Origin: Octopus vulgaris
Taxonomy: Eukaryota
Direction: 5' to 3'
DNA length: 64,000 bases
Assembly: GCA_951406725.2 (NCBI GenBank)
Contig: OX597821.1
Location: 49,228,001-49,292,000, forward strand
Of the stretch, positions 1-12,860 are shown in pieces (the first letter of the stretch is position 1; each line of letters starts with the position of its first letter). A program made the position numbers and the translations under genes. Below the pieces are notes generated by a model. That model ran no database searches, was not told the origin of the DNA, and saw nothing but the letters and a program-made list of their open reading frames with translations.

Positions 1-69
1 CCACTCCGAGAGTGTAGTCAGTGCTTTTACATACTACCGGCATGCTTTTGGTATTCAAATCATAGTGAT

Positions 70-584
70 TTGTGTACCCAAGCTTTACCAGGTGCTCATG
101 AACATCGGATTTTGATAGGTTGAGGCTTTCTGCCAATTCTCAGGTTATGCAATGGGGGTTATTCTCAATTAATGACTTGATTTGGTCATCATCTATAGTG
201 GATGGTCTGCTTGATCGCTCTTTATCAATAAGGCTACAATCTCCAGCTTGGAACCTTGCGAACCACTTCCGTACAGTTCTTTCAGATAAAGAAACATCAC
301 CATAAACTGTGCATATTTCTTTGGTTGCTTGTGAGGCATTTTTCCCTTTACAGAAAAAGAAAAGTATCATGTGCCGAAAATGAACTTTTTTATCTTCCAT
401 TTTAAAGGGTTACAGAATTAACACAGGTTATAGGAACATAAACCTTCTTCCACGAAAAGATAGCTTAAACTGTGCTCTAAATGGAGGTGTAATCAAATCC
501 TATTTTATGGACTCAACCATGTTCTAAAATAAGTCGAAAGGTAAGCTACTATAAATTGGTACAAACTTTCCAGACAACCCAATA
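70..584 (-). mobile_element. Mariner-type DNA transposon, 5' fragment (TIR plus N-terminal HTH of transposase, ORF 140-400)
   Basis: ORF 140..400 (HFRHMILFFF..GKNASQA..EIC.VYG...SERTVRKWFARF..GD.SL.D.ERS.RP) matches the Mos1-like HTH domain; minus strand starts TATTGGGTTGTCTGGAAAGTTTGTACC at 584-558, a mariner-like TIR with TA. Confidence 0.85.
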
Positions 585-624
585 CATGGTGAAACTAATA
601 GAAATGAACCTAATATATATACAC

Positions 625-3300
625 ACACATAGGATACCAAGAAGCAGACCAATCCAGAAAAGAAGGATTTGGAAGCTAAAGAACCCTTCACATGGTCAGA
701 GATTTAGGGACATCCTCATCAGGAAATTTGATGAGAGGGAGGAGGAGCTACAGACATTGGACATAGAAGGTAGCTGGAAATTCCTATGGGACAGCTTGCT
801 GTGTGCCACAGACCAAGTCTATGGATGGTGCAAAGTCCCTTCCAGACCTAGAGTTACGTGGTGGTGGAATAGTACAGTAGACAAAGCCATAAGAGCAAAG
901 AAATAGGCCTGGAAAGCCTGGAGGGACGGGGGTAGCAGGGAACTGTACCAGGTAGCCAAAAGGGAGGCTGGGCGGCAGGTATACATAGCCAAGGGTGAAG
1001 CAGAAAAGAAGAAGTTTTCCAATGTCCAGCGACATGAGGACCAAAGAACTGAGGTATTTTGGATTGCTAGACAGTGTGTGAGAGAAAATTGTGATGTCAC
1101 AGGAGAGAAATGTGTCTGCATGGATGATGGTGCACTTGCTTTTAGTGTTTCTGAAAAGAAAGAGGCTTGGAGAAGCCATTATGAGAGACTGCTGAATGTG
1201 GAGAATGAATGGGAGGAGGAGAGCCTGCCAAATGTTGACCCAGTAGAAGGATCAGCTATCCGAATAGACAGCTCCCTAGTACTTAATGCAATTAAGGGTA
1301 TGAAACCAGGAAAAGCCCCTGGCCCATCAGGAATCACTGCTGAGATGCTTAAAACATCTGGTGGTGTGGGCGATGGCCTAGTCACCCGCATTGTAAACCA
1401 GGTAGTTTATAATGGAGTCATACCCAATGACTGGCATAGCAGCACCATAGTTAACTGCTAAAAGGGTAAAGGTGATGCTCTAGATAGAAATAACTACAGG
1501 GGTATTAAACTGTTGGATCAGGTGATGAAGGTCACAGAGAGGGTCATAGCCCACCTCATTAGGGAGCGAGTTTACTTAGATGAGATGCAGTTTGGTTTTG
1601 TGCCAGGTAGAAGCACCACTGATGCCATATTCCTGGTTCGACAACTGCAGGAGAAATACATAGCTAAAGATAAACCCCTCTACATAGCTTTCGTGGACTT
1701 GAAGAAAGTCTTTGACAGGGTCCCCTGATCCCTTCTCTGGTGGGCGATGCAGAAACTGGAGATTGACGAATGGTTAATAAGGGCTGTACAGGCCTTATAC
1801 AGGGAAGCTGTCAGCAAGGTTAGGATTGGCAATGAGTATAGTGAAGAATTCTGGGAAGAAGTAGGGGTCCACCAAGGTTCAGCCCTCAGTCCCCTTTTAT
1901 TCATCATAGTCCTCCAGGCAATAACAGAGGAATTCAAGACGAGTTGCCCCTGGGAGCTCCTCTATGCTGATGACCTGGCCCTCATAGCAGAATCACTACC
2001 GGAACTAGAAAAGAAATTTCGGGTGTGGAAGCTAGGTTTAGAATCAAAAGGCCTTAGAGTCAATGTAGCAAAGACCAAAGTTCAAGTAAGTAGGAAAGCA
2101 AACACACCACACACCCCTTCAGGAAGGTGGCCCTGCTCGATCTGTAGAAAAGGTGTAGGTAGAAACTCCATAAGATGTACCCAGTGTAAGCTAGTGGACA
2201 CATAAGAAGTGCAGCAACATCAAAGGAAAATTAATCGAGAAGATAGCTTTCGTGTGCAGCAGATGCACAGGGGCAATAGATACCATTGATACACAGAAAA
2301 CAGATTCCATTACACTCCTGAGGGAGAAACTAGAAGTAGTTGATAGTTTCCGCTACCTAGGTGACCAAGTTAGTAGTGGGGGTGGATGCTCAGAGAGTGT
2401 TACCACTAGAATAAGAATAGCCTGGCAAAGTTCAGAAAGCTCCTACCCCTACTGGTGACAAAGGGTCTCTCACTCAGAGTGAAAGGTAGATTGTACGGTG
2501 CATGTGTGCGAACTGCCATGCTTCACGGTAGTAAAATATGGGCTGTGACTACAGAGGACATGCATAGGCTTGAAAGAAATGAAGCTAGCATGATCCGCTG
2601 GATGTGTAATGTCAGTGTGCATACACAGCAGAGTGTAATTGCCCTGAGAGAAATGCTGGCATCCAAGAGAGACGTCTGCACTGGTATGGTCATGTACTAC
2701 GGATGGATGAGGAGAGATGTGTGAAGAAGCGCCACTCCCAAACAGTTGAAGGAATCTGGGGTGGAGGTAAACCCGGGAAGACATGGGATGAGGTGGTCAA
2801 GCATGACCTTCGAATGTTGGGTCTCACAGAGGCAATGACGGAAGACCGAGACCTCTGGAGATATGCTGTGACTGCGAAAACCCGACAAATAATGTGAGTT
2901 TATGGCTGTTTCCTGCACCAGCTGCACATAGAAGCCCCAGCCTTTCCAAAGTATTTGGATCGTAAGGTGACCTGCGATCCAAGCCTACCCTGGCACCTGT
3001 GCTGGTGGCACCTAAAAGCACCATCTGTATGTGGCCGATGCCAGCGCCGCCTTGACTGGCTTCCGAGCCAGTGGCACATAAAAAGAACAAACCGTTCGTG
3101 GTCGTTGCCAGCCCACCCTGGCACCTGTGCCAGTGACCTGCAATAAACACCCACTACACTCACGGAGTGGTTGGCGTTTGGAAGGGCATCCAGCTGTAGA
3201 AACACTGCCAGATTAGACTGGAGCCTGGCGCAGCCTCCTGGCTTCCCAGACCCCAGTCGAACCGTCCAACCCATGCTAGTATGGAAAACGGACGTTGAAC

Positions 3301-3339
<39 letters not shown>

Positions 3340-3340
3340 A
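625..3340 (+). mobile_element. RTE-clade LINE, 5'-truncated and disrupted (RT, PHD-like finger, 3' UTR, (GAT)n tail)
   Basis: Consecutive ORF pieces with KAPGPSGI, QFGFVPGRSTTDAIF, AFVDL.K.FDRVP, GVHQGSALSPLLF, LLYADD, FRYLG, GKPGKTW; stops and frameshifts; 3' end ttggcgtttggaagggcatccagc...ggacgttgaac(gat)n. Confidence 0.93.
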
Positions 3341-3646
3341 GTGAAAGTAATTGAAATTAAAGCCATATAATAGTGTGTGTGTGTGTATGTGTATATATAT
3401 GTATGAGTGTGTGTGTGTGTATGTGGGTGTGTGCGTGTGTGTGTGTACTCACTCACACATTTGTATACGGATCAATGTTACAATGATACTACATGCACGT
3501 TGCAGAGAGCGACGGTGACGTTGGGTCGTGTGTCATCTCGGGGCAACTCTCGCCCTTTGCAGTCGTTTGTTGTACGATGGTGGGAATCGCTTCTATTATT
3601 TACTTTCCAAATTTCTCTGTTTGCCAACGGTATTTTACACTCTATT

Positions 3647-3718
3647 ATGTCTACCCGGAGCAGCAAGGAGCTTCACAATGATATTAGTACGATTGATGGA
3701 TGTAATACTGAGAAGAAC
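3647..3718 (+). CDS. Candidate first coding exon of an unidentified host gene (MSTRSSKELHNDISTIDGCNTEKN)
   Basis: ATG at 3647, 24 open codons, GTAAGT donor at 3719, in non-repetitive locally CpG-rich DNA; no homology recognised. Confidence 0.25.
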
Positions 3719-4926
3719 GTAAGTTTTAGACGTTACAATTATACACTTCACACACACGTATAAGTTTTGTGTGTATGTATGTTTGTTTGTGTGTGTGTAT
3801 ATGTATGTATGTATGTATATATATATAATATATATATATATATTTATATATAATATATATATATATATTTATATATAATATATATGCACACACATTCCAC
3901 GTTGTTTATATTTATGCTTTTTCTACTTTGTCGTAGTAAAGTTTGTTCTATGAAACTTTATAATTAGTTATGAGACATGATCTGGGCCAATAATGGCCAA
4001 AAGCTGAAACTATGTAGGACGAGTTAAAATCTGTTGTTTAGCTATATATACACAGCTATATATATATATATAGCCTAATATTTTTTCACTAAATACCATC
4101 AAGACGGGGGGAAAGATATATGTATGTATGTGTATATAGTAATCACTTACATACACGCGCGCGCACTTAGAGGAAGTTTAGGTGTCGTCTTTTGTGGGTA
4201 GTTCAATGTACTTCATATTTTTCTGTCGTAAAACTTGTAAAGGTAAGAGAAAAATATTAACCAAATTTTTATAAATGTTCGTTGAAATTTAACGAAATAA
4301 TTAATCAAATTGAAAATAAACTGTTAGAGGAGTTAGAGAATTTGCTCAAAGTTTGTCAAACTGTTGATATGTGACCGAATGATAATTATGTATCTATCAG
4401 TCGTTGTTTGACGCAATTTATAAAGACAACTCATAAAAAGTCGTAAATTAATTAATGGTTAGGGTAATTATGTGATTATGAAAATAAAAATCGAAATTAA
4501 AACGAATATAAATGACGATCAGTATTATTGATTTTCTGCTACGTAACCATTGTGTAATTAATATAGTTTAAGTGTGCATTTAATTAAAAACACAGTTTAA
4601 TCAAATGTACAGTTAGCGTGCACTTGATTAAATGGATAGTGTTGTTTACATGAAAAATATTAAATATAATACCGTATTTGATGCTTGTTGATATTTGAGA
4701 TGAGCTATTTGTCTTTAATATTATATAATAGCGTAATTGTGTCTGTGTGTGTGTATGTGTATCCACTCACATATGCGTATATGTGTGTATGTTTAAATCT
4801 GGCAACGTGTGTTTCTGAACTTAGTATTTCACTATATGTTACTCAATCGATCACAAAATTTTCCTAACTGTCCAAAACCACCCAAGCACTCAATATCTCG
4901 AGGTGTATTTACGTCCTGCATTTTGC

Positions 4927-4987
<61 letters not shown>

Positions 4988-5476
4988 GTTAAAAGGGAAA
5001 AAAATGGAGATAAGGAAGTTAATATTTATTATTAACAAATTGGTCGTCTTCCTTGGATGCAGCCATCCCTTCACGAGGTTAACACATCTTCTAATTAAAT
5101 TTATATATATATATATATATGTCACATACACGCTCTTCAAAATTTAGATATGCTTCGGCCAGAATTGGCCCAGGCCATGTCTCTATGCATACATACGCAC
5201 ATCTGTCTATCCATTCTATTTAATTCTATTATATATGAACCATATTGATTGATACATTGACTATAGCCAATTCTTATTTAGGCAGCTACCACATCCCTGT
5301 TTAATAGGTAACGGGTATTTAAAGTTGGAGTTCGGGTATGAATTCAACCTGGGCGCTAATTGTATATACTTCTAATCTAACGTCATCAGACATCATATTA
5401 CTCGTTGTATGTGTGGATGGATGTGTATTTGTGTGCGTGCATGCATGCATGTGTGTGTATGCATATTTGTTGGTGC

Positions 5477-5620
5477 AGGCGTGACTATGGTAAGAAGTTT
5501 GTTTCCCAGCCATCTGGTTGCAGGTTCAGTCCCACTGCATGGCACCTTGCGCAATTGTCATCTACCATAGCCCAGCCTTGTGAGTGGATTTGGTAGACGG
5601 AAACTGAACGAAACCCCACT
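5477..5620 (+). mobile_element. tRNA-derived SINE (family A), degenerate 5' part
   Basis: tggtaag (A-box-like), ggttcagtccc (B-box-like), then ccttgtgagtggatttggtagacggaaactg shared with other copies. Confidence 0.75.
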
Positions 5621-5638
5621 TGTGTATGTGTATATATT

Positions 5639-5671
<33 letters not shown>

Positions 5672-5675
<4 letters not shown>

Positions 5676-6081
5676 TTTTACTCTTTTATTTGTTTCAGTC
5701 ATTTGACTGCGGCCATGCTGGAGCACCGCCTTTAGTCGAGCAAATCGACCCCGGGACTTATTCTTTGTAAGCCCAGTACTTATTCTATCGGTCTCTTTTG
5801 CCGAACCTCTAAGTGACGGGGACGTAAACACACCAGCATCGGTTGTCAAGCAATGCTACAGGGACAAACACAGACACACAAACACATACACACACACACA
5901 TATATATATATACATATATACGACAGGCTTCTTTCAGTTTCCGTCTACCAAATCCACTCACAAGGCATTGGTCGGCCCGGGGCTATAGCAGAAGACACTT
6001 GTCCAAGATGCCACGCAGTGGGACTGAACCCGGAACCATGTGGTTGGTTAGCAAGCTACTTACCACACAGCCACTCCTGTG

Positions 6082-6083
<2 letters not shown>
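5672..6083 (-). mobile_element. tRNA-derived SINE (family A), full length with internal microsatellite
   Basis: Reverse complement of the 24251 copy: tRNA-like head, internal TA/CA tract, 3' body ending gcagtcaaatgactgaaacaa. Confidence 0.85.
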
Positions 6084-6162
<79 letters not shown>

Positions 6163-6180
6163 CTATATATATATATATAT

Positions 6181-6308
6181 TTATTATATAGAAGGAGCTT
6201 CTACAGGACTAGAACTGTTTCATTCAAATGAAATCATCAGGAATGTTCCTGATGATTTCATTTGAATGAAACAGTTCTAGTCCTGCAGAAGCTCCTTCTA
6301 TAAAATAA
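6181..6308. repeat. Near-perfect 128-bp palindrome containing CTGATGA..GAAAC motif on both strands
   Basis: Arms pair around the 2-nt centre 6244-6245 with two mismatches. Confidence 0.9.
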
Positions 6309-6376
6309 ATTAATTTACTCTGCCATGTATTGAGTACCTTATTTACTGTGGTTAACCCCGACTCAACCCGGGACCT

Positions 6377-6408
<32 letters not shown>

Positions 6409-6517
6409 AAGTTAACAAATCGTATAATATACACCTGGTAGTTTGCCAGTAAAGCACGTTCACTGTCTCAGTGTTTATTGGGTATTTAATTAATGAGATT
6501 TAATTAATGTCCAGAAT

Positions 6518-6565
6518 CCCACCTGTGAAGGATCGATGCTAGATGGCTTGAAACAATTGTAGTGA
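6518..6565 (+). ncRNA. Hammerhead-like motif (variant core)
   Basis: CAC-CUGUGA-stem II-GAAAC-AAUU-GUA-GUG; homologous motif at 23226-23273. Confidence 0.5.
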
Positions 6566-6781
6566 TCCATAAAGATTCTCTTATCTTCCATATTTCGTCT
6601 CTCATTCATCAAATATATATGCTTAAGCTATACATGTATAACACCAGCACGCGCACGCTACATATATAGGCGTAGGCATGACTGTGTAGTAGGAATTTTT
6701 GTTTCCCAACCACATGGTCTCTGGTTCAGTGGATTTGTTAGACGGAAACGGAAAGAAACCTGTTATATATGTGTGTGTGTG

Positions 6782-6813
<32 letters not shown>

Positions 6814-6814
6814 T

Positions 6815-7050
6815 CATTATCATCGTTTAACGTCCGTTTTCCGCGCTAGCACGGGTTGGACGGTTCGACCGGGGTCTGGGAAGCTAGGGCTGCACCAGGC
6901 TCCAGTCTGATCTGGCAGTGTTTCTACAGCTTGATGCCCTTCCTAATGCCAACCACTCCGCGAGTGTAGTGGGTGCTTTTTACGTGCCACCTGCACAGGT
7001 GCCAGGGGGGGTCTGGCATCGGCCACGATCGGTTCGTGCTTTTAACGTGC
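6815..7050 (-). mobile_element. RTE 3'-end fragment
   Basis: Reverse complement of the conserved RTE 3' terminus with short (GAT) tail. Confidence 0.85.
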
Positions 7051-7051
7051 C

Positions 7052-7089
<38 letters not shown>

Positions 7090-7129
7090 ATAAAAAAATA
7101 ATAAATAAAACATGCATATATACATATAT

Positions 7130-7780
7130 TAATAAATAAAATAAAACATATGCATATATATAAACATATATGTACGTACCTACCTCTACATGTACATATA
7201 CACGCATATATGAGTACAGGACACCAAAAGGACGTCGAACACAATGAGAAAACGAAAACATAGACACAAACCAAAGGAACTGGACATTTTTTTAAAAACA
7301 GCAAAAAAATAGAGTACAGGACAATTAACACAAAGAACAAACCCCTTCTTCAGTCACTAAAGGTTTCATCTACTCTACGTTTCGAAGGATAAAAGCGAGA
7401 CGTATCTTCGACAAGAAAACTTTCCTTCCTGCGAAAAGCAAATCAATTAAATTTCTGAGATCTTTTCGCAGAGGGGTAAAAAATGGTAACAACAGGACAG
7501 TAACGACAGTACAAATTGTAAACAGTAAAAGACAGGACAAGGAAAAACAAGATAAGAAGGGCTGTTAACATATATGTACGTACATACATCTATATGCATA
7601 TATGGGTACAGGACACACAAAAAAAAACGTTGAACACATTGAGAAACGAAAACATAAAAACAAAACCATGGAAACGGACATTTTTTAAACAACGAAAAAA
7701 CAGAGTACAAGACATACAACACAAGGAAAATTCCCCTTCTTCAGCTGCCCTTGCTTCGTCTACTCAGTGTTTCGAAGGTA
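7130..7780. repeat. Unclassified interspersed repeat, one long plus one partial copy (same family as 37691-38960)
   Basis: Shared blocks gtacaggacacc, aaacgaaaacat, ccccttcttcag, tttcgaagg. Confidence 0.8.
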
Positions 7781-7809
7781 ACATATACATATATGATGTT
7801 ATCTAAAAC

Positions 7810-8825
7810 AGACTAAATGATGCCCTTGCCAACTTAGTGTTGCCTGAATCTCAGTATGAATTTCAGATTGGTAGAGGCTCAGTGGATATGATTTTTAGCA
7901 TAAGGCAGCTGCTGGAAAAGGCTTGTGAACACAACCGAGACCTTTTTGTCACTTTTCTAGATCTAGCTAAATCTTTCGACACCATATCTAGGGATGCTCT
8001 TTGGGTTGTCCTTAGAAAGCTAGGAGTTACTGAAAAGATGCTCAATGTCATCATTTCTTTCCATCAAAGGATGATTGCTTCTGTCAGATCTAGCAGGGAA
8101 GTGTCTGATTCATTCACAGTCTCAAATGAGATGAAACAAGGCTGTGTTCTTGCACTGCTCTTATTTGTTTCGTATTTCTCTGTCATGTTGGAAACAGCAT
8201 TCAAGGGTGTTAAAGGAGGAGTAAAGTTTGAGTACAGAACTGGTGGTGTACACATATGTGAATGTACATCTCAGCATGCATACACACTCATATAAGTACT
8301 GATGCATACATGCAGATATATGGGCATATACATGTACATATATACATATATACCCCCCACATCTACCTCCCCTTCCTACTTCCCCCTAACCACATGAACC
8401 ACATGACTAATATCTTGCCCACCACATGGTTGATTTCCTGTTCACCACACATTCGATTTCCTGTTCCCCATGCGGTCAACCAACAGTGTTTCAATGCAAA
8501 AACTAAGATTTTGGTGGAAACAGTTCAAGATTTGCTCTTCACAGATGATTGTGCACTTGTAGCATAGAATACACTCTTAAGCACATGCAATGGGTTCTAA
8601 ATAATTTCCCACATGCATCAAAGGCTTTTGGTCTGATCATCAGCATCAAGAAAACTGAGCTTGTTTATCAGCGCATTTGTGACCATCTTCCCACTGTTGC
8701 CCCTACTGTGTACATTGGTGGGAAAGCATTAAAAACTGTTTCCTCCTTCACTTATCTTGGTTTCATTGTGTCCAATGATGCTAAGATGGATAAAGAAATT
8801 GAGTCCGGAATCGGGAAGGCTAGAT
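7810..8825 (+). mobile_element. Second RTE-type (BovB-like) LINE RT fragment, interrupted at 8250-8478
   Basis: LPESQ..F..GRG..DMIFSIRQL.EK..E, F.DL.K.FD.ISR, KQGCVLA, LLFTDDCAL, FTYLG. Confidence 0.85.
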
Positions 8826-9830
8826 CCAGGGACAGAGAGAACTCCACTTCCCTGTTGTGCTTCCTCTGGAGACTTTGTGACCTTTGAGATGAAACACCCA
8901 GCATCAAGTGGACAATTATCAACAGGGCACCACCATATTCACCTGGCACCCCTAATTGCCCGGTGTGCCTCTGCAAAAAACTGCATATCATCTACCAACC
9001 TACAGTATCCATCAGCAAGAAATATGAGGCATTGTGTTGCTGTTACAGAGGTAGAACTTTCTGGTAAATTTCAAGCCACTGGCCACTGATAACCCAGATA
9101 TACCTCCAGTACCAGCCACCTCTAGCTCCACCTGCACCAAGGTCACCATTACAAATTAACCCCCATGAATAGCACCGCAAATCCCCAATCCCCAACACTT
9201 CTCCATGCCTGTCTACCTGCATACTATTACCCATTGTGCATGACTACATGAGTATGTGTGTGCGAGTGCACATGTGCATCCATTCACCATATGCATGCAC
9301 ATGGGTGTGTGTGCACAGGTGCACCCATGCATGTGCATGTTTATACATGTTCATGCACATGTGTATGTGTACGTGGAGATAAAGATGTACACGTGTGTGT
9401 GTGTGCATGTTTGTGTGTCCTTGTGTGTGTATGCATGTGTGTGGGGCTTTGTGAGCATGTGCACAGATATGTGAATGTACATCTTAGCATACATACACAC
9501 TCATATAAGTACTGATGCAAATATGCAGATATATGGGCATATACATGTACATATATACATATATACCCCCCACATCTACGTCCCCTACCTACTTCCCCCT
9601 AACCACATGACTAATATCTTGCCCACCACATGGTTGATTTCCTGTTCACCACACATTCGATTTCCTGTTCCCCATGCGGTCAATTTCCTGTTCACCATGT
9701 GGTATTTTCTATCTAACTACTGTCACTGAATTACTGACACCAATACCATGTGACCTTTTTCGACCAATCGCAGGGTTACGTCCTGTAATAAACATTGACT
9801 CTCTTCAAGCATATAGACAATTATATATAC
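8826..9830 (+). mobile_element. Penelope-like element 3' remnant (GIY-YIG C-terminus plus 3' UTR)
   Basis: STSLLCFLWRL, then KWTIINRAPPYSPGTPNCPVCLCKKLHII, resembling the C-terminal part of Naiad/Chlamys-type PLE endonucleases. Confidence 0.6.
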
Positions 9831-9896
9831 TGGAGCATACATATACATCCATATCTCGTATGTATATATAATTATGTCTATTTATATATTTATGTA

Positions 9897-11090
9897 CATG
9901 TAGCTGCTAGAATAAGAATAGCTTGGGCAAAGTTCAGAGAGCTCTTACCTCTACTGGTGACAAAGGGTCTCTCGCTCAGAGTAAAAGGTAAACTGTATGA
10001 CGCATGTGTATGAACAGCCATGCTACATGGCAGTGAAACATGGGCTGTGACTGCTGAGGACATGTGTAAGCTCGCAAGGAATAAAGCCAGTATGATCTGA
10101 TGGATGTGTAATTTCAGTGTGCTTACTCGACAGAGTGTAAAGACCTTGAGAGAAAAGTTGAACCTAAGAAGCATTAGATGTGATGTGCAAGAGAGACGAC
10201 TGCGCTGGTATGGTCATGTGGCGAGAAGGGATGAGGATAGCTGTGTGAAAAAGTGCCACACCCTAGCGGTTGAGGTAACCTGTGGAAGAGGTAGACCTAG
10301 GAAAACCTGGGATGAAGTGGTGAAGCACAACCTTCGAACATTAGGCCTCACCAAGGAAATGACTAGCAACCGAGACTTTTGGAAATATACTGTGCATGAG
10401 AAGACCCGGCAAGCCAAATGAGACCATAACCTGTGGCCTATGCCAGGAGTGTAACCAGCCCGCTTATGCGTACCTTTTCCTTCTTTGGTCACTAAACTCT
10501 GCTTGTGAAGACCTATTGGGGCAAGTGAAACCAAAATCAAATTTGACGACTGGCGTCTGTGCTAGTGTGGTGCAAAGAGCACCAAAAGAGCACCATACGA
10601 GGGTGATCGTTGACAGAGCGGCTAACCGGCTTCCATGCGAGTGGCATATAAAAGGGCACCATTCGAGTGTGATCATTACCAGCATTGCCTTACTGGCACT
10701 TGTGCCCGTGCTAGTAGGGTGCCAAGAGCACCATCTGAGCGTGATCGTTGCCAGAGCAGCCAACTGGTTCCATGTCGGTGGCATGTAAAAGTGCACCGTT
10801 TGAGCGTGATCTTTACCAACGTCGCCTTACTGGCACCTGTGCCGGTGGCATGTGTAAAAAGATTCAAGCGAAGTCATTACCAGTACCGCCTGACTGGCCC
10901 TGTGCTGGTGGCACATAAAAAGCACCCACTACACTCTTGGAGTTGTTGGCGTTAGGAAGGGCATCCAGCTGTAGAAACTGTGCCAGATCAAGATTGGAGT
11001 CTGGTGCGGCCATCTGGTTCGCCAGCCCTCAGTCAAAATCGTCCAACCCATGCTAGCATGGAAAGCAGACGTTAAACGATGATGATGGCG
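9897..11090 (+). mobile_element. RTE LINE 3' fragment with 3' UTR
   Basis: RIRIAWAKFRELLPLL, RRLRWYGHV, RGRPRKTW; conserved terminus and (GAT) tail. Confidence 0.9.
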
Positions 11091-11329
11091 ATGTGTGTAT
11101 ATATGTGCTTATGTATATAGCATCTCTATCTCATCCATTGCCTTCCCTTCAAAATAAAACTTGAAGAAGCAGTTGAAGGATCATTTGCAAAAAAAATATC
11201 TGTCTTCAACCCTTTCAATCTTGCTCACTATACAGTCTTTTTCACTAAGGCTACCAAGCAGAGGAAAACTGCCTGCTTTTCCCAGTAAGAGGCAGGTGAT
11301 AGTATGATCTTCATAATGGACTTGACTGA

Positions 11330-11650
11330 TAGTCAGCTCTGTCCTTCGTATGGCAACAGCTGTTCAACATAATTCCACAAGTTAATGATGTTCAGACACT
11401 GAACAAATGAGTGCAGAACAATTTGTCATTCTGTGTGCCTCCTAGACAGGTTCAACTGATGACACAACTGTGCCTATTAAGATTATACCAAATTAGCAAT
11501 GCCTCCTCATAGCATGCTATGATCAAGGATTTCTGGAAGTTGTCAATAGTCTCTGGTTTGAAATTTCTCTGAAACAGGATGCATGGTTGATCTTCATTGG
11601 TGTTCAGGGTCTTGAGAATATCCTTCATGCCTCCCACAAACTTATTTGTG
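11330..11650 (-). mobile_element. Degenerate Tx1/L1-like LINE fragment
   Basis: DNFQKSLIIACYEEAL matches DNFQKSLAWQCYRGAL in the 29.3-30.9 kb element. Confidence 0.6.
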
Positions 11651-12189
11651 TAATTTTATAAGTCTTAGCAACCATCTTAACTGTTACTCTCTTCTCGCAC
11701 TTTTATGAACTTACCCACTCTTTCCAACCTCTGTTCATATTCTTTCTTATATTCATTCACCTTCTTGTATCTTGAAAGTATACTCTTACCTCATCAGTAT
11801 CATTTTTTATCTTGTTCTCAGCTACTCACATCTATCCTTATATAAAACAAGGCAGCATTTATAAGTCACCTTGTTTGTCCCTCTATAATACATTAGCCTC
11901 TCAACACGTGCCATAAAGCAATCTCCCTCTCTACTACAACCCTACTCATTTGAGGGTCTTTTTCTTTGTTATGCAAGTTATTTGGCAACTTCATTAGTGC
12001 CAGTGTCATGAAAACAGCACCCAGTACACTCTGTAAATTGGTTGGCATTAAGAAGGGCATCCATGCCAAAGCAGGTATTGGAGCCTGATACAGTTCTTGG
12101 GCTCACTGGATCCTGTCAAACCATCCATCCCATGCCATAATAGAAGTCAAACATTAAATGGTGATAATGATATATACACACACACATAC

Positions 12190-12860
12190 AGCGCTTTTGA
12201 AAGTAGCATCCTCATGCAACCTAGAAAAACTTTACTATTTTTTTTAAGATTGTGTTTGGGCAAAACATAATGATGACAAGCTATTTGATGTAGCTATGGT
12301 CTTGTACAGTGGTGTTAAGGTTTTTAAGCTAATGGAATTACATATCTTAGGCTTTCTCATAGACTTTGGTATTTATAGAAATGATGATCTGTTAATCACC
12401 CACTATAGATAGGCTTAGAAAGATAATACAATCAAAGAATTTAACTCAATGTAATCAGTATTTTAGGTATTACATTATACTTTAGCTCTAGTAAACATGC
12501 CTGTATTAGTAAGCTAAATGACAAATATTTCAAGGAGTTGATATATTTTACTGGAGTGAATTTACCAAAGCAAAGTGAGTCATTATAGTGAGGCTTTACA
12601 GAACATACATATACAAGCAGATATAGCCAACATGCATACTCTTTATGATAGCCAAAAAAAAAAAAAAAAAAGAAAGAAATACCTCCTCATTCTCACTAAA
12701 TGACAACTAAAAGACAAAAGTATAACACATTTCAATATGCTAATGTCCGTGGTAGAATTTGTCAAAACCATATTCTGCAGAACTTGGTATCAGTGGAAGT
12801 TTAACCTTACAAACTTTTTTTCAGATTACAAGCTGATAACATTGCAATTTTATGGGTGAA
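12190..12860 (+). mobile_element. Highly degenerate Penelope-like RT/endonuclease remnant
   Basis: Traces of RKTLLF, FDVAM, GIYRNDD resembling the FDV.MG..DG / GLYRDD motifs of Naiad-type PLE RTs. Confidence 0.45.

Noticed and set aside
5140-5185. GGCC-rich hairpin shared with 34800-34836 as a possible ribozyme
   Set aside because: Matches the 3' terminal stem-loop region of the CR1 fragment at 34.8 kb; lacks CUGANGA.
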